DNA of 64,000 nt from NCBI GenBank assembly GCA_002269645.1, contig NIVC01003738.1, positions 1 to 64,000 of the forward strand, read 5' to 3'. The position numbers and the translations under genes are program-made. Origin of the DNA: Macrostomum lignano. Its lineage: Eukaryota. The notes below the pieces were generated by a model. It made no database searches and was not told the origin of the DNA. It worked only from the letters and a program-made list of their open reading frames with translations. Positions 10,786 to 21,744 of the stretch are shown piece by piece; position 1 is the first letter of the stretch, and the number at the start of each line of letters is the position of its first letter.

Positions 10786-12096
10786 TTTTAGTTGAAAAAT
10801 TTGCTGGTAGAAGCTGGGATTTGTAAAATGATCCAATGATTTCTTCTCCATTCTCATCCTCAATAATGTAGGTTATGGGATTGGAGTAAACTATTTTCTT
10901 TATCCTAAACACTTCTGAAATTTTCCAATATCCTCTTCGACCCTTTTCAAAGTGCTCCTTATATCTATAGATATGAACTTTGTCACCTACTTTGAAGTTT
11001 GGTTTCTCATTTGAATACTCGAAAGTTGGCTTTGGTACTCGCTCAGGATGTTTAGATGCTTCTGAAGGAGTTATCAGAATCTCAGAATGGATTGTGTTGT
11101 TGTATTTTTCAACAATAGCTGGCAATGTGTGGAGCCATTTCTGATTACCCTGTAGATCAAATTCAAACCAGAGTTTATTTGTGAGAGTACGATTGAACCT
11201 CTCAATCATTGCATTCTTGGACTCGCCATAAATTGAAAACATCTTGTTAATATATTCACCCCTTTCATCCTTCTTTCTAATGTTGTCTTTTGAAAACGAG
11301 TATAGCTTGTACATATGCTGATTATAAAACTCCTTGCCTTCATCTACACAAAGTCTCTCTGATCGTCTTCCTGATTCCTTAAATACTTTTTGGAAAGCTT
11401 CTGCAACTTCCGCTCCCGTCTTTGTTTTCAAAGGAACTGCCCAGGCGTAACGTGTAAAACCATCTATGATAGTAGAGCATATTTGTAACCTCTTTCGGGC
11501 GGTAGGATAATGATATCTGCATGCCAAATTGTGTCTTTTGCATAGTGAATCATTTTTCTAAATACTCTTGGCTTTCTGTATTCCCTATGCAATTTTACTG
11601 CATCTTCATAGCTAAGACCCTTACCATAAATTGTTAGACAGTCTATACAATTGTTGGGGTTGTGAGTATGAATTCCTAATCCAAACCGAACTTTAGCATT
11701 GATAATACGCTTTACTAGATTTCTAATGAGTCTCTCCTTTACCGACAAGTCGCTGGTTGGAATAGCATCTAAATCAGCTATCATTTTTTCATCAGCAATA
11801 TGCTTCTTTGCTAGGGCTTCCTCTGGAGTTGAAGACGTCTTTTCAGCATCTCTATAGCTTTTGTCATGATAGTAAGCAGTCCAATCAATTGGATTAATTG
11901 GTAGACTATCATACCGAGGCCAGTCTGTAATTGGATTGAGTCTCTTGTCTAAATTTGTACCTGGGCCAGTGAAAGAATACCCTGGAATATGAAATTCGCC
12001 AGGATATTTTCCAGTGGCGAAGATGGGTGGTAGTTTTGTTATAGCTGACTGAATATCCAATGCAGAACCTAGAAATAATGGTTTACTGAAGGCCAT
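10739..12096 (-). CDS. int: Parvovirus-type phospholipase A2 domain fused to a retroviral-like (rve) integrase; one 1-bp deletion near 11472
   Basis: PGYSFTGPG..PINPIDWTAYYHDKSY (VP1u-type PLA2) runs in frame into LHREYRK..WHADII. Restored continuation ALTIIDGFTRYAWAVP..LCVDEGKEF..IERFNRTL supplies the D-D-E triad. Confidence 0.9.
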
Positions 12097-12337
12097 TTTT
12101 ATAAAAATAAATTTAAGTAATCTACAGACTTAGGCTGCGTTAACTGCTGTAGCAATAGAGCCTGCTGCTCCACCTGCCTGTTCTATGAAAGGTAGATTTG
12201 TCTTTTACTAAGTTGGATATGGTGCTTATAGTATCAAAAAAGACCTTCTCCATTATACTCTAGTGGTTCGCCTATTGTATAGTCTCTTATCTTGCATGAT
12301 TCTGTAACGTGGTGCGCTTCGTGTCTTTTTAGAAAGG

Positions 12338-12872
12338 GGGGTGAACACAATAGACTAGCATGAGACGCTCCTATTGGTTGCCAAAACCAAAACTTTTTTG
12401 ACAGAAATTTTGGTCGCAAGATTTGGCAGAAATTTTGGCAGAAATTTTGGCAGCCAATAGCAATGTTCAGTGCTGCGGTTATGTATAGTTAGTTTGGTGA
12501 GTTCCTGCGAGAGCCTATTTGACCATACGCTTCACTCAGTGTGGGTTTCGCACGACGTTAAAGCTGAGTCACAATATAAAAATTGCTTTGAGGAGAATTT
12601 CTCCTGCTATTTGTTCCATTTTTAAGATACATAATTTAGAAAAGGGTTAGTGAAATCGTCCGTAGGTAGGGTCGCGAGCATTGTTCGTTTGTAACTTGCG
12701 TGGCCCACTTCATGTCTTTTTTTACAGCTAGATAGAGGGTGAACACAAAAGATTTGCACGAGCCACTCCTATTGGATGCCAAAACCAAACACTTTTTGGC
12801 AGAAATTTTGGCAAAAATTTTGATTTTGGCAGAAATTTTGGCAGCCAATAGAAATGTTGAGTGCTGCGGTTA
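12338..12872. repeat. Two ~140-bp direct repeats (12338-12480, 12735-12872), each an imperfect hairpin bounded by inverted CCAAT boxes
   Basis: CTATTGG(T/A)TGCCAAAA at 12371 and 12769 pairs with TTTTGGCAGCCAATAG at 12445 and 12836; internal GGCAGAAATTTT repeats. Confidence 0.8.
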
Positions 12873-13388
12873 GTGCTCTAGTAGTCGAGTATGCATGCCA
12901 CGAAAAATTTAAATTAGCGCTCCATGTTCTTGAATGTCTTCTATTATCTTTAAGTACAAATCTAGAACAGCATTAAAGCCATTTCAAAGCCTCGGGACAA
13001 AGCGAATGTGCAGGAGCAAATTATTGACTTTTGTAAAAGCATTGTATGCCTCGAGTGGACAATTTTTATGCATAGATGGTAGCTGACTGATCGTTAAAAG
13101 CAAAGCTAGTAAGATTGGCTTATTGAAGGGCGTTATGCAATGGGAGAAAAGACTATTATTAAATTTGATGCTAGTTTTGAAATGATGAAACCTGAAAATA
13201 GGTTATTTTAACCCACGAATCAAAAATTTCTTGTGGTTTTACTCACGAAATCGCGCAAAAAGCAATTTTTCAAAACTTTTGAAAAATCACTAAAATCACT
13301 GTTTTCAGACAATTTTCACCTGTTTTTAGTCGATTTTTATCTGTTTTTTGTGATTTTTCAAAATGGGTTGCGCTCAAACCTACTTTTC

Positions 13389-13847
13389 CTATACTACTGC
13401 GGTGGTATCCTTAATTGGGATTGTGTACTCTATGTAATGTTCTGTAAACTTCCTCTGTGCAAAATTAATCTCTTCAATGGCAAGCTCCGACTCTTTTAAA
13501 TGGATTAATTGCTCTAATTTCTCTTGTTCCTGCTTATTTTGTGGGTACTTTGCTTTTTCACCAGTGAGAGTTTCGTATTTGTTAACTAAGTTGCGACTCC
13601 TCTCTTGGTGTTCCTTTGCAGGATTTTGTATAGGCGCATACTGGTTGGATTCTAATTGATTGATGATTTCCAACTGTTTTTCATAGCTTCCCAGGTGACC
13701 AGGGTCGGTGTAAAACTTTTGTTTACATGCTTCTCTTAGTAACTTACTTTTGTCTTGAAATGAGACGCCTTGTAAGGTTGTAGGGTAGGGTAAATGAGAC
13801 GAAAGATATTTGTTGACTAAATCTCTTGCTGGATTGGCTTTTGGCAT
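13389..13847 (-). CDS. Orphan virus-like ORF, 152 aa
   Basis: Intron-less, AT-rich, AAAAATG start like the other viral genes; ATG lies 15 bp from the host junction. Confidence 0.55.
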   Translation of the reverse strand: MPKANPARDLVNKYLSSHLPYPTTLQGVSFQDKSKLLREACKQKFYTDPGHLGSYEKQLEIINQLESNQYAPIQNPAKEHQERSRNLVNKYETLTGEKAKYPQNKQEQEKLEQLIHLKESELAIEEINFAQRKFTEHYIEYTIPIKDTTAVV

Positions 13848-14342
13848 TTTTCTCGAAAATATAATTCCGAATTACTTGCATTTGTGTTTCAGAGTTGATG
13901 CCTATGTACGGTATACCGGTGCAGTATGTAATCACAGCTAGAACACCCTAAATTATGTATTCTTAATTTGTTAAGATCTGCCGTGTCTAACCGGAAGTAG
14001 CTTCTTTTTGCAGATAAAATACTGGGCAAACAGGCTCTTCTGTGTTGTTTATCGGGTTGCATGACAGCCACTGTCCAAGTGCAGAGTTCCTACAGTTTAG
14101 TGGTAAGAAACTGGAAGCACGGACAAAACTTGCATGGAAACCACACAGAAAGATCGAATAGAGTGACTGCTACTGCAGTTCTGGATTGCGATCTGAGATA
14201 TGATGGGCTGAAGTTCTGCAACTGCCGAACTTTATATTTATGACCGTTGAATATAAAATTAACTTACCAAAGACTTCCAGTTTAAACATAAAAAAATAAG
14301 CAAGAAACAAAAAGGTGATCATACTATTCTATTTGAAAAAAA

Positions 14343-17300
14343 ATGAAAATTACGCTTTGGCAGCTGCTGCATCTACTGCTGAGCATGCGAGTTGCTGCAT
14401 CTTTGGACTGCTCCGATGTTGATCGCACTGGTGAGTCAGCTGCTTTTAGGAGCAGTTAAAAGGCTGGCAAAGCAAAGCTGCAAATAATTTGCAATAAATT
14501 TTCCAGTCACAGTGCAGCTGAGCAGGGCTGACGTTCTGCGCACCTGGCAACCCAGCGGTGCGCACTGCCGTTGGTGGGAGAGTCGGCAGTCAGAGACAAA
14601 CCGATTCCCTGCTGCTGTGCGGTCCAGGCCTCCGTGGCTTGTGATGCAGCTGAGGCAGCCGATGATGCTGCAGGCGGTGAGCGTACGAGACTGGGGTAAG
14701 TGACGCTGAATGACTCATTCTCATGATGCATGATGAGGAAGACGGAGTCTGGGACACAAATTGTGAGACCAGCTAGCATCTAATTAGAACTCTGAGACAG
14801 TGTGAGACCAGCTAGCATCTAATTAGCACTCTGAGACAGTGTGAGACCAGCTAGCATCTAATTAGCACTCTGAGACAGTGTGAGACCAGCTAGCATCTAA
14901 TTAGCACTCTGAGACAGTGTGAGACCAGCTAGCATCTAATTAGCACTCTGAGACAGTGTGAGACCAACTAGCATCTAATTACCACTCTGAGACAGTGTCA
15001 GACCAGCTAGCATCTAATTAGCACTCTGAGACAGTGTGAGACCAGCTAGCATCTAATTAGCACTCTGAGACAGTGTGAGACCAGCTGGCAGCCAAGCACT
15101 CGTGTTGCAGATGGCCAGTGGCACGCAGCAGCTCCGGTCGGCTCGCCCGTGTCAGCGGTCGGAGCCTCGAGCCTCCCGCTGGAGCTGCAGCTGGAGGATC
15201 CGTGCCGCGCCAGCTGGGAGGCCTTGAACGGTATCGACCGCTGGCGAAGTCTTGATGGCTCCAGCGGCACCGCCATGGTGAGTGAAAGAGGCAGCTGTTT
15301 GCATGCTGCACATTTTGCACATTCTGAAGAACTCAGACATTCTGAGCACTCCTTCCAGCTGCCAGTGGCCTTCCTTCTGTTCAGCAGCTCCCAGCAGCTC
15401 CAGTGGAGCGCTCTCAATCTGCAAGGTGAGGTCTTTCAGCTCAGTGCTTTGATTTGCAGGTCACTGAGTTCATTTCACCTCCGCACCCTCAGGCCGCACG
15501 GCCCCAATGCAGCTGAAGGAGACCAGAAACCCATTTTGCCTGAACTGCGAGCCCCTCACCTGGAGACCCGGAGATCGCATTGGCTTCTCAGTGAGCAGCT
15601 GCGGCTCCCAGACTCTGGGCTGCTCAGTTCGACTCGCGAATGGCAGCAGGCGAGAGGCTGAGTTGGTGAGCGACTGGCCGGTCTTGACTGACTGATTTTC
15701 CACTTTGAGGCTGAGATCTCAGGGCATTCTGTGATTTTCAGTTCAAGATCTCAAGACCGGGCAGTGATCGGATTCGAGTCACCCATTTTGAGTACTTTGT
15801 GGAGGAGACGGAAATCCCGCGGACTCTGACCTGCTGGCAGGGGAACCCAGCGGCTCTGCAGATTGAGAGGGAAATCGCTGCGACATGCAAGTCTAGAGAT
15901 TTGCGGGTGCAGCGGTCATTCAGGGCTCTGTACAGTTGTACACCTATAGATCCATTTGTATGCACTTTTAATTGTAGCTGATAAGGGAAGCTTCACTCTA
16001 TCGGTCTCTCTGATGTGGGTCTCGGGCAGGAAGGTTCTCTTAGAAGCCGAAGCGCAGCGATTCTTTCCAGAGCCCAGGATTCAGTGTTCGATCAGGGCGG
16101 TGACGGAGCAGCCTTTGAAAGTTGAGAGTCAGGTGAGGACAGGTGCACTGTCTTTGAGTGAGCGACACCGCTGACAGCACGAGTTGGTCTACAATCTGAC
16201 CACCACGCCACAACCCCAAGTTCCCAGTCACCGCGCCACCGCGTCACCGCGGCCTATCCTTACACGAAGCACACGTAAAATGCAGGTACCCCTCATTCGA
16301 TGTCGTTTAACTTTCAGAACCGGTCTGTAGTGAAGGACAATAAAAGCAGGGTTCTGCTGTCAGTTCGCTCAAGGTTCAGCTTTCACGCATCGCTCTCAAT
16401 GCACGGAGGCCAAATTCTGTGCTGGGTGAATTTGACTGGCAGCAAAAATCATGTCACGAGTACTGTGAAAAAAAAATTAAATATAACGCAGATAAGTGGT
16501 GAGAAATATGCAAAATTTGATTTCTATATTTATTCGATATGAGCCACCCCTCACCCAGCCACCCCTCACCCAGTCACCCCTCACCCAGCCACCCCTCACC
16601 CAGCCACCCCTCACCTAGTCACCCCTCACCCAGCCACCCCTCACCCAGCCACCCCTCACCCAGCCACCCCTCACCCAGCCACCCCTCACCCAGCCACCCC
16701 TCACCCAGACACCCCTCACCCAGCCACCCCTCACCCAGTCACCCCTCACCCAGCCACCCCTCACCCAGCCACCCCTCACCCAGCCACCCCTCACCCAGAC
16801 ACCCCTCACCCAGCCACCCCTCACCCAGTCACCCCTCACCCAGCCACCCCTCACCCAGCCACCCCTCACCCAGCCACCCCTCACCCAGCCACCCCTCACC
16901 CAGCCACCCCTCACACAGCCACCCCTCACCCAGCCACCCCTCACCCAGCCACCCCTCACCCAGCCACCCCTCACCCAGACACCCCTCACCCAGCCACCCC
17001 TCACCCAGCCACCCCTCACACAGCCACCCCTCACCCAGCCACCCCTCACCCAGCCACCCCTCACCCAGCCACCCCTCACCCAGACACCCCTCACCCAGCC
17101 ACCCCTCACCCAGCCACCCCTCACCCAGACACCCCTCACCCAGCCACCCCTCACCCAGCCACCCCTCACCCAGCCACCCCTCACCCAGCCACCCCTCACC
17201 CAGCCACCCCTCACCCAGCCACCCCTCACCCAGCCACCCCTCACACAGCCACCCCTCACCCAGCCACCCCTCACCCAGCCACCCCTCACCCAGCCACCCC

Positions 17301-20300
17301 TCACCCAGACACCCCTCACCCAGCCACCCCTCACCCAGCCACCCCTCACACAGCCACCCCTCACCCAGCCACCCCTCACCCAGCCACCCCTCACCCAGCC
17401 ACCCCTCACCCAGACACCCCTCACCCAGCCGCCCCTCACCCAGCCACCCCTCACCCAGTCACCCCTCACCCAGCCACCCCTCACCCAGCCACCCCTCACC
17501 CAGCCACCCCTCACCCAGCCACCCCTCACCCAGCCACCCCTCACCCAGCCACCCCTCACCCAGCCACTCACTCGCACTGCAGAGCCGTGCCAGACGGCCG
17601 TAGACCTGGGCTCGAGTCCGTACTGGGAGGTGGACCAAACCCGCCAGATCGCAGTGACCTCCAGCGCCTGCAGCATCTGGAACGTGAGCCACAGCTGCCG
17701 GCTGCTGCAGGCTGATGGCGCTTCACCCGTGCCGCTCCGCAGAGTTGAAGTACGCTTGCACTGAGATTGGCCAAAGTGCTCAGAGAAGTGCAGAGCCTCA
17801 CCTGCCCCAATCTGCACCCTCATTCGCATTGCAGCAGAGCAGCTTCAGCAGCGCTCACCTGCTGCAGGTGAGCAGGTCGATGGCTCACCAGAACTGGTCC
17901 GTTCGCTGCAGCGTCAACCAGTCAGGTGTTGTGTATGATGAGGCTGAGAGTCTGGAGCAGCTGCGACCGCTGATTTTCTGTGAGTGCCGAACAGTGCATG
18001 AAGCCAGTCAACTGTGAACGCTTTGCTTGAATGCGATTTCCAATTTCACTGCAGACCCGGCAAGCATTCAGGTAAATGGCAGCATTGAGAGCTCGCGACT
18101 GCACCTGGCTGTGGCTGCCTCCGACGCTCGGCCTCCGGTGTCATCCGTTGTCTGCCAGATCGCGAATTCTTCTGTGAGTGCTTAATGCGAGCCAGAGATT
18201 TGTCTCATTAATACAGGCTAGAAGCGTGCAATTTCTAATAAAGTTTCATATATTTTTTCTCTAAGTGTCACGAACTTTAAACTTTACATCTTTTCACAAA
18301 ACTAAAATGGTGCGATGAAAACTTAGTTATTAAAAAATGATTCAAGCGAAGAACCACAGGCTAAAGAGATCTGAGACCGGGTTCCGATGGGTCAGCGGGA
18401 GCTGATGGTCTGGCACTGGCACAAACTCATCGTTGTTGCGCATCTTCAATGTAGATTTGGTGTGCAAGACTAGAGAACCCAGGTGACTGACTAGCGCTTT
18501 TCTTACCTTTCGTGACTTTCCTAGCCTGATTGTAGCCAAGATGCGGCCTCCCACATCCAGCCAGAACTGCATTGACTTAATGGCAGAGCTGTAGTATACA
18601 TGTGAACCTGTGTGTATCATTATTCTAACGCTGCTGCATCCCAATATTGGTCCGGCAAAGAGTGCAGGAATGAAAACCCCATCGCATCTGCGTCCTAGCC
18701 AGCCCCTGTAGGATAATGAGGAGAAATAGGGATCCTAAACTCGATGTCAACTTGAGCACCGGAATGGAAGCAAATGCTCAACTGTGGACCAAACTGACTC
18801 ATTGAAAACAAGTTCGTAAAAATCAGGTTAAATCAAAATTAAAAGTCAACTCTTTCACTGTCCTCATTCACAGAGAGCTGAACTGACGCGGATGCAAAAC
18901 AGCCACACCTGGAAGGAACACGGCAGCATTACACCACCAGCATGTGCATCGCTGAATAACGAATCGACTTTTCTCATCAACTTCACTGCTCAGCAGGACT
19001 TCAATGGCTCGACGATTTTTCAAACAAGCGAACAGGTCTTTCGTAACTGCCCCCCAAAGGAAACAGGTAACTCATTTTTACCGACACATAACAGCCAATC
19101 GCAAATAAAATGTCGTTAAAATAGTAAAACAGCAAAATATTATGTATTTACCTTTGTCAATTCAAAGCTCTAGACTTTCCAAAGCTGTAAAATTAAAGTA
19201 CGATTTCCGACCGAAGAGTAACCTAAATTTCGCTATAAACTGGTATTGAACACAAAATATTAGTAAACTGCAGCATTTAAAGAAATTGTCCCTGCATTCA
19301 ACACAGCGTCTCAATAGCTGGATGCACTTCCAGAGGCCCTCCGTCAGGTCACGTTGTTCTTTATGTCTTCCAGGTCTTCAAATCGGGATCCCTAGAGAGC
19401 TATGGGGGACCTGCCAGAAATCGCAGGGGGCATGTCTGGTGAATAAGGTGATGGCTCAGCTCAAGCTGATGCGTTGTCGTGATGCAGCGATTGGGCATTG
19501 TTGCTCCCGCCGCATCCTCGGCATGAGCCTCTTCTTAAAGTTCTGATTTACAGCTTGTCCCTGTGGCACAAACTCGTGATTGATGAGGCCCCGCGAATAC
19601 ATTTCTCGCTAGCGCTGGGAACCTGGCTAAAGCTCTCTATTTTACTTTTGTTTCAGATGAAGATGGAAGTTTCACTCTATCGGTGTCTCCGGTGTGGATC
19701 CCGAGCAGGAAAGTTGAGTCAACGGGTACGAGGCTTGAGCCAGACTCACTTTGCTTAAATTTTAATTGAGAACATCAGAGGTCATAACAGGAAACTTACC
19801 AGCAGGTTCAATTAACTTTGCAGATCCATTCTCAACCGTGTACGCCTTTCCACTGTCGCACCTGCTCCTTGCATCCGGTTCGGTGATAGCCGTAATTGTG
19901 ATGGTGGGCATCGCCTCATCTGTGATTACCTGGGTAATTACGAGCTAAAACCTTTTTTCTGGATAGCTTTTGTCAGTCAGTCAGTCAGTCAGTCAGTCAG
20001 TCAATCAGTCAGTCAGTCAGTCAGTCAGTCAGTCAGTCAGTCAGTCAGTCAGTCAGTCAGTCAGTCAGTCAGTCAGTCAGTCAGTCAGTCAGTCAGTCAG
20101 TCAGTCAGTCAGTCAGTCAGTCAGTCAGTCAGTCAGTCAGTCAGTCAGTCAGTCAGTCAGTCAGTCAGTCAGTAGTCAGCTGTTTACCTTGCAGAGAGTT
20201 TCCCGGTCCCGATTAGCCGCAGTGGCTGCTCAGCGCAGAGGCGGTGGCGCACTTCGGATGCAGCCGCTGGCAGCCGTGGCCTCCGCGGGCGCCGGCAGCA

Positions 20301-20470
20301 GCGCGTACGACTACCCGTCCACGAATGCGACAGCTCAGGGTAGCAGGAGCCACAGCGAGGCCGGAGAGTCCAACAACATACCCAGTGTCTACCTGGTGCT
20401 GAGTCCGTCGAGGAGGTCTCAGCAGCAGCAGCAGCTGGTCAGCAGTTTTGAGCCGAGGCAGCAGAGCTAA
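14343..20470 (+). CDS. R1: multi-exon type I transmembrane receptor-like gene (~750 aa), apparently intact
   Basis: Exons 14343-14430 (signal peptide), 14507-14695, 15111-15277, 15359-15425, 15493-15665, 15742-15886, 15978-16132, 16318-16498, 17583-17749, 17835-17979, 18055-18173, 18874-19066, [19374-?], 19657-19725, 19824-19933 (TM), 20195-20470. Without the bracketed exon, all phases match and the total is 2244 nt (747 aa + stop). Confidence 0.8.
14764..15086. repeat. 39-bp intronic tandem repeat, ~8 copies
   Basis: Unit GAGACAGTGTGAGACCAGCTAGCATCTAATTAGCACTCT. Confidence 0.95.
16541..17567. repeat. 15-bp intronic minisatellite, ~68 copies
   Basis: Unit CAGCCACCCCTCACC. Confidence 0.97.
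19972..20179. repeat. (AGTC)n microsatellite in the last intron of R1
   Basis: Near-perfect tetranucleotide run. Confidence 0.97.
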
Positions 20471-20592
20471 GAAATGGCTGAAAGCAGAGAATAATTTGAT
20501 TTTTTCTACGACCTACTTTGAAATCGTTTCCAACTAAAAAATTACAATCTAAAACCTTTACTTGGGTAACTTTATTGGTCGATGGGTTATCA

Positions 20593-20900
20593 GGGGTTTA
20601 GCTTAGTGGTTAGGGCGTCGGTCTGACTACTGGAAGGTCGGGGGTTCGATTCTAGATCCTACGGACCCATCTGTGTCCTTGAGCAAGACACTTAACTCTG
20701 CATTCCTTCAGTTCACCCAGCTGTAAAATGGGTGCCAGCATTAGCTGGGGTAATTGAGGCTGTGTTTGGCGACCCCCCAGTCCCTGGACTGAACAGCCGT
20801 AAGCAGCCTTCAGATGCGCCGCGCAATAGCTGAACTGTCGGTTGCACATCTGGCCGTTAGAGCAAGTGTAATCAATTATTATTTACTAATATTATTATAA
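20593..20900 (+). mobile_element. tRNA-derived SINE with a CORE-like domain
   Basis: A box TAGCTTAGTGG, B box GGTTCGATTC, GTGTCCTTGAGCAAGACACTTAAC..CTGTAAAATGGG (MIR/CORE-like), AT-rich tail. Confidence 0.75.
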
Positions 20901-21744
20901 TTCAAGCTCTGCCAACGCATTGTGATTTAACGTAATTTTATTATCAGTTGTACTCTACGAAAAGGCCTTACAAATTAATTTATTTATCCCGCACTTAACT
21001 GATCTAAAGAAATATATGGTTAATGTTAAAATATTTGATTCGACACCCGAATAGAAAACTAATCAAGCTGTTGAGTTCTCAAAGTAGATCAGTTAATCAT
21101 AGTCTACTCAAATGAAATGGTCAACGCTGTTTGTCTCACCACAGATGTTCCCTCTCCAGTCAAACCTTGATTCTAACTCAGACTGCTCTCACTTGACAGC
21201 AACGATTAGACCTGATAATTCAGGCCTGTCTAATCGATGCATGGTAGTCGATATGCATGACTTCTAGGAGAGAGGCTGCTGCTGGCTAAATTCTAAATTT
21301 AGAATTCCTTGGCTTGGCTGACGAGAAACTTTTGCTCTCAGCTCTGAACTATGCCAAAAGTTACTATCTTCACCAAGCCAAAAAACCCGATTTTAACCAT
21401 AGACAGCATTGGATTCCTTGGTTTTGGATTCGAATCCGCAGCCTTGGCTTTCATTTAACTATATCTTATCCTGCTGGCTTTTATGATCCGCCAATTGAAA
21501 TCACGTACTTTTGTGCTTCTCTAAATTGATTGTTTTAACAAAAGCATTGGTAAAGTTAATATAACTATAAAATAAAATAGATTTTTGAAGACAAAATTGC
21601 TTTCTGCAGACAAAAAGAAAAGAAAAGAAAATCTGACCAAGAAAGGATCGAGACAGATTCGATCGCAAAATCCAATGTCGCTAACTCCGAGTTCGAGACT
21701 GATAGGTATTTAATTATTCCAGCTGAAGGTGTGTTGAACAGTTT

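Larger units (their letters stand above)
1..13861. mobile_element. Endogenous Polinton/Maverick (adintovirus-type) virus; left end outside the window, right terminus not identifiable
   Basis: AT-rich, intron-less, gene-dense block with pPolB, adenain, penton, A32/FtsK-like ATPase, major capsid and rve integrase. At 13862 the sequence switches to host DNA matching 55550 onward (TAATTCCGAATTACTTG). Confidence 0.93.

Noticed and set aside
12876-13398. AGTAGT (12880) and ACTACT (13393) as Polinton termini
   Set aside because: Wrong context: ACTACT lies within the end of ORF 13389-13847, and no TSD or TIR partner is visible in the window.
14010-14243. Cys-containing open frame upstream of R1 (homologue 55700-55920)
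   Set aside because: Frame not conserved between the two copies (indel and early stop); may be UTR or a decayed exon.
16539-17829. Long SHPSP / VRGGW repeat ORFs (also 35706-36168 and 58216-59350)
   Set aside because: Translations of the 15-bp intronic minisatellite; the real exons flank it and splice in phase.
19970-20194. SVSQ-repeat N-termini (also 61920-62690, 24537-25669, 36635-37083)
   Set aside because: Micro/minisatellite translations; only the sequence after the AG at 20194/62692 is exon.
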